Shown here one piece after another: positions 30,701 to 38,144 of a DNA stretch of 64,000 nucleotides. The DNA lies in NCBI GenBank assembly GCA_014860585.1, contig JACZJL010000143.1, positions 2,543 through 66,542 on the forward strand, in the 5' to 3' direction. The notes below the pieces were generated by a model. It worked only from the letters and a program-made list of their open reading frames with translations, ran no database searches and was not told the origin of the DNA. This DNA comes from Bacteroidales bacterium (GTDB lineage: Bacteria; Bacteroidota; Bacteroidia; Bacteroidales; 4484-276). The position numbers were made by a program, and so were the translations under genes. Positions within the stretch are counted from its first letter, which is position 1. Every line of letters starts with the position of its first letter.

Positions 30701-31495
30701 GGTGCTTACACAGGAGCTACTTCACTTTACGATAGTTACACCAATCTCGACTTTGCAACAGTTAAAGGGTTGACTGTTGAATATGACCTGAGAAGAACAA
30801 GCAATGTTAGAGCAAGGGTAAGTTACACGCTTCAGTTTGCTGACGGAACCGGGTCAAGTCCGAATACTGCTGCTGCACTTGTCAGCGCAGGCTTACCAAA
30901 CCTCAGGCAGGTCTTCCCGTTGGATTGGGACAGGAGGCATTCTTTTAACATAAGTCTTGATTACAGGTTTGGCGAAGGGAAAGGATATACCGGGCCAACC
31001 TCTACCAAGCAGATTAAAGGTACAGAACAGGTTAAAACCATTCAATGGTTGCAAAATACAGGCGCCAACTTTACGCTTAGCGGCGGTTCGGGAACACCTT
31101 TCACAAGGTCAGATAATATCATTGGAGTGTATGCCGGTGGCGGTGGTTATCAGCTGGACGGATCCATAAATGGTTCACGTTTGCCCTGGCAGTTTCGAAT
31201 TGATGCTCGTTTAGACAGAGATATTCAGGTGTCGAAAAAGCCCAATGCTACCACATACCTTAACGTTTATCTGCAATTTTTAAACCTTCTGGATACCAAG
31301 AACATCATCAGCGTTTATCCTGCCACAGGAAGTCCGGATGATGATGGTTACCTCACTGCTCCTGAATGGCAGAGTAACATCAATACATCAACTGACCCGG
31401 AAGCTTACCGCGATCTGTATGCATTGAGGATGAATTCGCCATTTAATTACAGTTTACCCCGCCAGATAAGGCTTGGTGTTGTTTTTAACTTTTAG
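27731..31495 (+). CDS. oversized TonB-dependent-receptor-type outer-membrane barrel (carboxypeptidase-regulatory-like domain + plug + about 1000-aa barrel)
   Basis: 1254 aa with a signal peptide. The CarboxypepD_reg-like segment is GSIQGQILDADTKEPIPFANVAIY...GNYSVRASFVGYQS. The plug-like segment is TSEEIEKMPNRSATSIATTVGGVY...ISIRGQRQEGTVYYIDGMRV. The C-terminus RLGVVFNF ends in an aromatic residue. Confidence 0.8.
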   Translation: MLKHLLLTIVGLLAINLLAFSQTGSIQGQILDADTKEPIPFANVAIYSGGNLLTGATTDFDGKYAVRSLRPGNYSVRASFVGYQSREISGVVVRADQITFSDIELKATAEVLETVEVTEYKIPLISKDQTTSGATLTSEEIEKMPNRSATSIATTVGGVYSDADGGSISIRGQRQEGTVYYIDGMRVLGSTNMPESSIEQVAVILGGVPARFGDATGGIISLTTKGPSREFGGGLELQTSQFLDKFGYNRLGFSLQGPILTKNQDGNKSSILGYFIAGDVVYREDGRPSVSGSIDKVTDEYLAYLKENPLRPSGTGFGSFDNSLFTKKADTESIENTQNTNSLDVSLSGKIDIKVSPTVNMSIGGSYNVQDYKAFQYAGSLFNYENNPHVYNNTWRVYGRLTQRFSTDRESSSTIRNVFYTIQADYSKFYQVVEDDSHRDDLFKYGYLGKYDTYKRRSYEIGTDTVNGQIYSNVWVQNAFQDTAFTFQPYEFNPVVARYTEQYYEFYPEKGDWRDPANGYWLNSNQVQLYGGLLNGQSPDNVYTMWQGLGAQYNGYSVANNSQVGISANASADIGNHAIEFGLQYEQRTNSSYGYGPVGLWTMMRQITNAHINELDKSSAHLVVVDGVFQDTINYDRLYSFTDQRIFDINLRERLGLNVQGTDWIDIDSYDPNTQTISYFDANGNLNKNIPLRGGLSIDMFSPDELFNDGFSYVNYYGYDPYGNKQSSRPAFDDFFNKTESILLPNGQTKFYNTRDIGAFQPIYMAGYIQDKFAFDDLIFNIGVRVDRFDANQMVLKDPYLFYSAYTADEVKTVGGKQVTHPGSVSGDAVVYIDNKDNPSEILGYREGSVWYNATGSVIQNPEILDAGNGITPYLVNPGQNQITSDVFKDYDPQVSVMPRISFSFPISDEALFFAHYDILTQRPTSALRMDPTDYFFIAQRGSINNPNLKPEKTIDYELGFQQKISNSSSLKLSAFYREMRDQIQYFRYTGAYTGATSLYDSYTNLDFATVKGLTVEYDLRRTSNVRARVSYTLQFADGTGSSPNTAAALVSAGLPNLRQVFPLDWDRRHSFNISLDYRFGEGKGYTGPTSTKQIKGTEQVKTIQWLQNTGANFTLSGGSGTPFTRSDNIIGVYAGGGGYQLDGSINGSRLPWQFRIDARLDRDIQVSKKPNATTYLNVYLQFLNLLDTKNIISVYPATGSPDDDGYLTAPEWQSNINTSTDPEAYRDLYALRMNSPFNYSLPRQIRLGVVFNF

Positions 31496-31554
31496 ATCAA
31501 TTTTTTCAATCGCTTGATTTTATGAATAAAGCAAATAATAAAATAAGTATAGAG

Positions 31555-34500
31555 ATGAAAAACATTTTACACACGCTGTTGGTGTTTGCTGTGATGAGCT
31601 TAATTGTCCAGCAGGGCTATGCAGAAAAATATGTTAACGAAGAAAAGTCCAGGGAGATTAAAGCCAGTGCAGCAGGATGTCCTGCAGGTGCAGGTTTTGC
31701 TTTCCTTGACGTAAATAATGTTCGTGCCCGAATCAATACTGGCGGAGATATGTGGTGGAATTTCGACAGGGCACAATATTATGTACCCGCCAACACAGAA
31801 AAAACCTCCATGTTTTCTGCTTCTCTCTGGATTGGTGGTCTTGACGTTAACGGTCAGTTGAAACTTGCCGCTCAGCGTTACAGGCAGGTTGGTATTGATT
31901 ATTGGCCAGGCCCCCTTTCGATGGTTGATGCATCCATAGATGAAGAAACCTGCGCCCAGTATGATCAGATGTTCAGAATGACCCGTCAGATGGTGGATGA
32001 CTACCTTGCATGGTGGAACAGCACAAATCGTGCTGAAGAGTTTCCCGGCTATGTAATCCCCGATGAAATCCTGAATTGGCCGGCACACGGCGACGTAGCC
32101 AAAGGACAAAGTTATTACCTGGCGCCTTTTGTGGATACTGACGGTGATGGAAATTACGATCCGACACAAGGCGACTATCCCTATTATGATATAGACAATA
32201 GCCTGTGCCGCACCCAAACCCCTACAATGGATGCCCAGTTTTACCATCCTGACGATCCTGAAAACTGGAAGTATGGGATTCTTGCCGACCAGGTCATTAA
32301 AGGCGACCAAACACTTTGGTGGGTTTTTAATGATAAAGGAAATATCCACACTGAAACCAAGGGAGCGGCTATTGGTTTGGAAATCAGAGGCCAGTCTTTT
32401 GGCTTTGCTACAAATGATGAAATTAATAACATGACCTTTTACAGTTATGAAATCATTAACCGTTCAACTTTTTCGTTGACCCAAACCTATTTTAGCCAAT
32501 GGGTTGACACTGACCTTGGCTACGCCTGGGACGATTATGTAGGTTGTGATGTGGGAAGAGGACTTGGTTATTGCTACAATGGTTTCCCAATTGACGGAAC
32601 CGGTGAGGTTGAAGCCTATGGGGAACAACCTCCTGCCATCGGAGTGGACTTCTTCCAGGGGCCATATATGGATCCGGATAATACCGATAATCCAAAATTT
32701 ATTTTTGTTACCAATGCACAGGGAGATACTATTGATCAAATTCAAATTTGTGATGTAAGTATCAATGGTGTGAACTTTGGTGATGGTATTGTGGATAATG
32801 AGCGTTTTGGTATGAGAAGATATGTTTACCACAATAACACTTCACCCAACCCGGCAACTACCGACCCGAGTTTAGCACCGGAATATTACAACTACCTCAG
32901 AGGAATCTGGAAAGACAATACTAAAATGTCCTATGGCGGAACTGCACATGTGAGCGATGCAGCAGCAGTTGGTCCTGATTGTGACTTTATGTTTCCAAGC
33001 GATACTGACCCGTGCAACTGGGGTACTGGAGGCGTGCCACCCAATGATGGTTTTAACCAGGATGGCAAATACTGGACAGAAGAAACCCAAAATAATCAAC
33101 CCGGTGACCGTCGTTTCATGCAGTCTGCCGGCCCGTTTACCCTGGAACCAGGTGCTGTTAACTACATCACTGTGGGTATCCCCTGGGCACGTGCTACTAC
33201 CGGTGGTCCCTGGGCTTCAGTAGAATTATTGCGAGTGGTGGATGATAAATGCCAGGCCTTGTTTGATAACTGCTTTAAAGTGCTTGATGGGCCGGATGCT
33301 CCGGACCTTTCCTTTCTTGAAACAGATCGCAAGCTCATTGTCTTTATATCCAACCGTAAAGGATCAAACAACTACAAAGAATCTTACTCAGAAATTGATC
33401 CTAACATTCAATTATTGGAGGATTCTATCCCATTACCTCAAAATGTCGAAGATTCATTGAGAACCTATTTCTTTGAAGGTTACCAAATCTACCAGCTTCG
33501 CTACCCGGAAGTTAGTGTCGAAAGCCTTGATGATCCTGACCTGGCTCGCCTGGTGGCTCAGTATGATATCAAAAATGGAATTTCCAAGTTAGTCAACATT
33601 TATTTCGACCAGTCCATAGGGTTTAGTGTTCCGGTAGTTGAAGTTGTTGGACGTGATGAAGGGATTAGCCACTCCTTTGAATTAACACAAGACGCCTTTG
33701 CTGAAAAAGATCCTAAGTTGGTCAATCATAGGCAGTATTATTTCATGGTGTTGGCTTACGCGTTCAATGAGTATTCGCCTTACAGTGAAGAACCCGGCGT
33801 TCTTAACGGTTTGTTTGGGCAAAAAAGACCTTACCTGGCCGGAAGGAAGAACATAAAAGTTTACACGGCAATTCCTCATAAAACCGTTGGTGGAATGGAG
33901 TTGAATTCCGAATATGGAGACGGCTTCCCAATTACCCGATTGCAGGGTCAGGGTAACGCCGGTGTGGGGATTGACATGAGCCCTGAAAGCATTCAGGAAT
34001 TGCTTGCTAAACCACCTATTGAATATCCAAATTACGTTAATCCTCCCTATGGCATTAAGTCGTTGCAACAAAAACTGATTCCTTCTACGGTTATAGGCGA
34101 TGCGAACTATCCGATAGTTTACAACCCGAAATATCTTCAGGGCAAAGGTCCATTAAAAGTTAAGGTTGTAGATCCAATGAACATTAAAAGCGGGAAATTC
34201 AGGGTTGAACTTTTCGATGTGGAAATGCCATTTACAGTGTCAACTGCCAACGATACAATTTATGACACGCTTACAATTGCCAGAGCAAACTGGAGACTTA
34301 TTGATGAGGGTGGTAATAGTTGGATATCAGACACTACTATTGACCAACGAAATGAACAGATAATTCCAGAACTGGGTGTATCTGTGAATATGGAACAGAT
34401 TGCTTTCCCCGGAGAAACAAATGCTGTAAATAATGCTTTTATCAAGTCAGAGATCATCTATCAGGACAGCTCGCAGCTTTGGTTCTCTGGTGTACCTGAT

Positions 34501-35928
34501 TTTGATGTTCCTTCAAATCCGCTCAACTGGATAAGATCAGGTGTTTATGTTGACGGAAACAGCCCGTATAACGACTGGAATATGAGCGCCGACAGCCCAC
34601 TTGATGCCGGGCAGTATTATGAAAAAGTTATCCCGATGACTGTCAGGATATTTGGTGAGGACTTGACCGGAGGAACATGGGCGCCTTTCCCACTGGTTGC
34701 TACACGGATTAATATGGATTATGGTCATGGTCCTGCACCAACTGGATCAAAACCTGCAGATTTAAAAAATATTTCCAGTATTGATGTTGTACTTACAAGT
34801 GACAAATCACAATGGACCAGATGCCCGGTTGTGGAATTGTGTCCTGACCCAATGCTCGCTGAAGGAAATGCACCTCAATATACCTTGCGTCGTTCACCTT
34901 CAGTGAACAAGGATGGAGTATTTGCTGACCCGCAGGCCGCACCAAGTATGGATCCTGCTGATGCAAATTACGTCTCTGCAACAGGAATGGGCTGGTTCCC
35001 TGGTTATGCAATTAATTTGGAAACCGGTGAAAGGTTAAATGTAATGTTTGGTGAAAACTCCTGGCTTGCTGGCGACAATGGAAGGGATATGCAATGGAAC
35101 CCTACTTCCACAGTAGTAAATGAAACAAATTTTGCCCCGGTATTAGGTGGTATGCATTATCTCTATGTTATGGATAATCGCAAGGTTATCATTGGATCTG
35201 GAGCAAATGCTTTTAACTTCGATTTTACTGCCTATGATGCTGGTGTGAAACTGTATCATACGTTCAAAATCAGTTCAGACTCCCTACCTATCGGTACCGT
35301 GGTTCTCCCGGCAATTTACCAGAGTTGTCAGTGGGTTAATATCCCGTTAAAAGCTGAAAATCAACCCTGGTTGCCTGCCGGCAATGATGCAACCATAAAA
35401 ATTAGGGTTGGGAAACCATATCAGCGGTATTTATCTAGAGCAGTGGAGCCAGACAATCCTGTGAATACGAACAATTTTAATCCGGCTTATGAATTTGAGA
35501 CTACCGGAATGGAGGCTGTACCGTTCTCAGCACAACAAAATGATCAGCACCTTGACATGATCAATGTAGTACCAAATCCTTACTACGCTTATGCCGATGG
35601 GCCAGGTTATGAACGAAATCAACTGGATACCAGGGTAAAGATTATCAATCTTCCACCTCGTTGTACTGTCACAATCTACAATATCAGCGGGACACTCATA
35701 CGACAGTATAACGTTGATAAAACAGGCATTCCCAACCCACGGGCCTCCACTAATGGCGAGGATACAGATGCACAGACCTCTATTGATTGGGATCTGAAAA
35801 ACTTTGCCGGAATTCCTATTGCCGGAGGTATTTATTTGATTCATGTCAAAGAATCCGGCGGCCGCAACGGTGAGCGCGTGATCAAATGGTTTGGCACAAT
35901 GAGACCTATTGACCTGAATACGTTCTAA
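31555..35928 (+). CDS. giant secreted hypothetical protein with an atypical T9SS-like C-terminal sorting domain
   Basis: About 1457 aa from ATG 31555 (track start 31522). The signal peptide is MKNILHTLLVFAVMSLIVQQGYA. Cysteines come in pairs and there is a Ca-binding-like loop DTDGDGNYD. The last 120 aa or so read VVPNPYYAY...TVTIYNISGTLIRQY...IDWDLKNFAGIPIAGGIYLIHVKE...KWFGTMR. I recognise no catalytic motif. Confidence 0.75.
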   Translation: MKNILHTLLVFAVMSLIVQQGYAEKYVNEEKSREIKASAAGCPAGAGFAFLDVNNVRARINTGGDMWWNFDRAQYYVPANTEKTSMFSASLWIGGLDVNGQLKLAAQRYRQVGIDYWPGPLSMVDASIDEETCAQYDQMFRMTRQMVDDYLAWWNSTNRAEEFPGYVIPDEILNWPAHGDVAKGQSYYLAPFVDTDGDGNYDPTQGDYPYYDIDNSLCRTQTPTMDAQFYHPDDPENWKYGILADQVIKGDQTLWWVFNDKGNIHTETKGAAIGLEIRGQSFGFATNDEINNMTFYSYEIINRSTFSLTQTYFSQWVDTDLGYAWDDYVGCDVGRGLGYCYNGFPIDGTGEVEAYGEQPPAIGVDFFQGPYMDPDNTDNPKFIFVTNAQGDTIDQIQICDVSINGVNFGDGIVDNERFGMRRYVYHNNTSPNPATTDPSLAPEYYNYLRGIWKDNTKMSYGGTAHVSDAAAVGPDCDFMFPSDTDPCNWGTGGVPPNDGFNQDGKYWTEETQNNQPGDRRFMQSAGPFTLEPGAVNYITVGIPWARATTGGPWASVELLRVVDDKCQALFDNCFKVLDGPDAPDLSFLETDRKLIVFISNRKGSNNYKESYSEIDPNIQLLEDSIPLPQNVEDSLRTYFFEGYQIYQLRYPEVSVESLDDPDLARLVAQYDIKNGISKLVNIYFDQSIGFSVPVVEVVGRDEGISHSFELTQDAFAEKDPKLVNHRQYYFMVLAYAFNEYSPYSEEPGVLNGLFGQKRPYLAGRKNIKVYTAIPHKTVGGMELNSEYGDGFPITRLQGQGNAGVGIDMSPESIQELLAKPPIEYPNYVNPPYGIKSLQQKLIPSTVIGDANYPIVYNPKYLQGKGPLKVKVVDPMNIKSGKFRVELFDVEMPFTVSTANDTIYDTLTIARANWRLIDEGGNSWISDTTIDQRNEQIIPELGVSVNMEQIAFPGETNAVNNAFIKSEIIYQDSSQLWFSGVPDFDVPSNPLNWIRSGVYVDGNSPYNDWNMSADSPLDAGQYYEKVIPMTVRIFGEDLTGGTWAPFPLVATRINMDYGHGPAPTGSKPADLKNISSIDVVLTSDKSQWTRCPVVELCPDPMLAEGNAPQYTLRRSPSVNKDGVFADPQAAPSMDPADANYVSATGMGWFPGYAINLETGERLNVMFGENSWLAGDNGRDMQWNPTSTVVNETNFAPVLGGMHYLYVMDNRKVIIGSGANAFNFDFTAYDAGVKLYHTFKISSDSLPIGTVVLPAIYQSCQWVNIPLKAENQPWLPAGNDATIKIRVGKPYQRYLSRAVEPDNPVNTNNFNPAYEFETTGMEAVPFSAQQNDQHLDMINVVPNPYYAYADGPGYERNQLDTRVKIINLPPRCTVTIYNISGTLIRQYNVDKTGIPNPRASTNGEDTDAQTSIDWDLKNFAGIPIAGGIYLIHVKESGGRNGERVIKWFGTMRPIDLNTF

Positions 35929-35965
35929 TGATAAATAGATTGGAAATTTTAAATAACTAAGAATT

Positions 35966-37033
35966 ATGAAAAATTTTTATAGATACACAGTCGCAATTCT
36001 TTTATCGGTGGCTTTCCTGCTTCCTATCCAAAACCTGGTTGGCGGTAACCCGGACCGCTCTGGTCAGGCCGGTGCTTCTGAACTGCTGATCAACCCTTGG
36101 GTTGGAAGTTCTGGTTGGGGTGGTGCAAGTATAGCCTGTTCAAGGGGTCTTGAATCAATATATACGAACGTTGCCGGAACCGCCTTTACTAAAGGAACGG
36201 AATTGATTTTTGCCAACACCAATTATCTCAAAGGTGCTGACATCAATATTATGAACTTTGGGTTTTCACAGCGCGTTGGTGAAGCTGGCGCATTATCAAT
36301 AGCCATCATGTCAATGAACTTTGGTGATGTCAACAGAACTACCATTTTAAATCCTGATCCGACAGATGCCAATATTGGAACATTTGCACCTAACCTGCTT
36401 AACATAAGTATTGCATATGCTAAAGCATTTTCAAACAGCATATATGGCGGTTTCAACCTGAAGATTATCTCCGAATCTATCGCTGACCTGAGTGCCCAGG
36501 GTATTGCCATCGATGCAGGTATCCAATATGTAACAGGACCCCAGGAGAATGTGAAATTCGGTATTGCCCTGAAAAATGTTGGTCCTACAATGAAATTCTC
36601 AGGTGATGGATTAACCTTCAGAGGTTTCTACAATCAGTTTTCACGCACTTCACCCACTTTTGTGCAGCCATCCTCTGAATTTGAACTCCCGGCTCAACTT
36701 TCAATCGGTGGAGCTTACGACTTCCTTTTTAGCGAAAACAGATTTACTTTGGCGGGTGCTTTCATTTCAAACTCATTTACAAAAGACCAGTTTACCCTCG
36801 GTGGCGAATTTGCGCTAAAATCTTACCTTGTGCTTCGTGCAGGTTATACTTACGAAGATGGAATCACAAGTAAGAGCGAGAGGACCACAGTATTCACAGG
36901 ACCAAGTGCAGGCTTGTCAGTTCAGATTCCACTTAATAAAGAGAAAGGATCAATTTTTTCGGTTGATTATTCTTACCGTGATACCGATCCTTTCAGTGGC
37001 GTTCATAGCATTGGAGCACGAATTAGTCTTTAA
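35966..37033 (+). CDS. PorV/PorQ-superfamily-like outer-membrane beta-barrel (possible cargo-specific T9SS adaptor)
   Basis: 355 aa with a signal peptide. The N-terminal motif GQAGASELLINPWVGSSGWGGASIA...NVAGTAF has the pattern of PorV/PorQ-type barrels. The remainder is an alternating beta-strand pattern. The gene starts 37 nt after the giant CTD protein. Confidence 0.45.
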   Translation: MKNFYRYTVAILLSVAFLLPIQNLVGGNPDRSGQAGASELLINPWVGSSGWGGASIACSRGLESIYTNVAGTAFTKGTELIFANTNYLKGADINIMNFGFSQRVGEAGALSIAIMSMNFGDVNRTTILNPDPTDANIGTFAPNLLNISIAYAKAFSNSIYGGFNLKIISESIADLSAQGIAIDAGIQYVTGPQENVKFGIALKNVGPTMKFSGDGLTFRGFYNQFSRTSPTFVQPSSEFELPAQLSIGGAYDFLFSENRFTLAGAFISNSFTKDQFTLGGEFALKSYLVLRAGYTYEDGITSKSERTTVFTGPSAGLSVQIPLNKEKGSIFSVDYSYRDTDPFSGVHSIGARISL

Positions 37034-37063
37034 AAAAAAGTTGCAGCCTAGGTAAATAGTATT

Positions 37064-37071
37064 TACTTTTG
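37064..37071 (+). promoter_or_regulatory. -7 promoter box TACTTTTG (TTTACTTTTGCAAAAA) of greA
   Basis: Matches TAnnTTTG with the same extended sequence as the prfA promoter. It is the only consensus box between 37034 and the greA ATG. Confidence 0.5.
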
Positions 37072-37082
37072 CAAAAAATTTC

Positions 37083-37111
37083 AAGGCCCTTTTTTCGGAA
37101 AGGGTCTTTTT
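37083..37111 (+). terminator. intrinsic-terminator-like hairpin (3' end of the upstream operon and/or a greA leader terminator)
   Basis: AAGGCCCTTT-tttcgg-AAAGGGTCTT forms a 10-bp stem (one G-U pair) followed by TTTTTC. It lies downstream of the -7 box at 37064-37071 and 42 nt upstream of the greA ATG. Confidence 0.6.
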
Positions 37112-37152
37112 CTATTATTAAGATGAATTAAAATTCTTCAAAAATTCGGATT

Positions 37153-37626
37153 ATGACTGGAATTAAATATTATAGCGAAGAGGGCTTAAGAAAGCTTGAG
37201 GAGGAGTTGCAAAATCTTATTTCTATTGAGCGACCTGCTATCTCAAGGCAAATTGCTGAAGCACGTGACAAGGGTGATCTTTCGGAGAACGCTGAATACG
37301 ATGCTGCCAAAGAGGCACAAGGAATGCTCGAGATGAAAATTTCAAAACTTGAAGAACTGATTCGTAATGCCAGGGTCATCGATGAATCAAAACTTGACAC
37401 TTCAAAAGTCCTTATTCTTTCAAACGTCAAAATAAAAAATCTGAAAAATAATGCCCAGATGACCTACACCATCGTTCCCGAAAGTGAAGCCGACCTGAAG
37501 GCAGGAAAAATATCGGTTAATTCACCCATAGCTAAAGGTCTGTTGGGAAAAAGAGTGGGTGACACGGTTGAAATACAGGTACCTGCAGGGATGATTACCT
37601 TCGAAGTCATTGATATTTCACGATAA
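37153..37626 (+). CDS. greA: transcription elongation factor GreA
   Basis: 157 aa. The N-terminal coiled coil carries acidic tip residues (ARDKGDLSENAEYDAAKE) and a C-terminal FKBP-like domain follows. Confidence 0.92.
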   Translation: MTGIKYYSEEGLRKLEEELQNLISIERPAISRQIAEARDKGDLSENAEYDAAKEAQGMLEMKISKLEELIRNARVIDESKLDTSKVLILSNVKIKNLKNNAQMTYTIVPESEADLKAGKISVNSPIAKGLLGKRVGDTVEIQVPAGMITFEVIDISR

Positions 37627-37650
37627 TTAACCTTTTATTTTCAACATTTA

Positions 37651-37687
37651 AAATGCTAAATGATTGGTCGTTTAGCATTTTTTTTGG
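37651..37687 (+). terminator. intrinsic terminator after greA
   Basis: AAATGCTAAA-tgattggtcg-TTTAGCATTT forms a perfect 10-bp stem followed by a T run. Confidence 0.65.
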
Positions 37688-37695
37688 AATTGTGT

Positions 37696-37703
37696 TACTT
37701 TTG
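37696..37703 (+). promoter_or_regulatory. -7 promoter box TACTTTTG upstream of the HIT gene
   Basis: Matches TAnnTTTG, 26 nt upstream of the ATG at 37729. Confidence 0.5.
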
Positions 37704-37728
37704 CTAAATACAATCAAAATTACGAACC

Positions 37729-38127
37729 ATGAGCACAATTTTCACTAAAATTATCAACGGAGAAATTCCTTGCTACAAGATTGCTGAAGATGAAAAGTAC
37801 TTCGCTTTTCTGGACATTAACCCCTTGGCAAAAGGACATACCCTGGTAATTCCAAAAGCTGAGATAGATTACATCTTTGACCTCGATGAGCAAACACTGA
37901 CAGGGATGTTTGCATTTGCTCAGAAAATTGCAAAGGCCATTGAAATAGTTGTTGAGTGCCAAAAAATCGGAATTGCCGTTATTGGCCTTGAAGTGCGTCA
38001 TGCCCACGTACACCTCATCCCAATCAGCGGTATTTACGACATTGATTTCAGTAAGCCTAAACTAAAACTATCAAAAGAGGAGTTTGAATTTTTAGCTGCC
38101 AAAATACGTCAGGGTATTACACTTTAA
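37729..38127 (+). CDS. HIT-family (histidine triad) nucleotide hydrolase
   Basis: 132 aa. N-terminus IFTKIINGEIP and histidine triad HAHVHLIP. Confidence 0.88.
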   Translation: MSTIFTKIINGEIPCYKIAEDEKYFAFLDINPLAKGHTLVIPKAEIDYIFDLDEQTLTGMFAFAQKIAKAIEIVVECQKIGIAVIGLEVRHAHVHLIPISGIYDIDFSKPKLKLSKEEFEFLAAKIRQGITL

Positions 38128-38144
38128 CTGACATTAAATACGCA

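Noticed and set aside
31600-32349. 249-aa antisense ORF inside the 1468-aa gene, the longest shadow ORF in the window
   Set aside because: It is Cys/Ile/Gly-rich and not protein-like, and it is fully embedded opposite a well-behaved coding frame. It has no upstream promoter box. It is probably a frame artefact of the sense codon usage.
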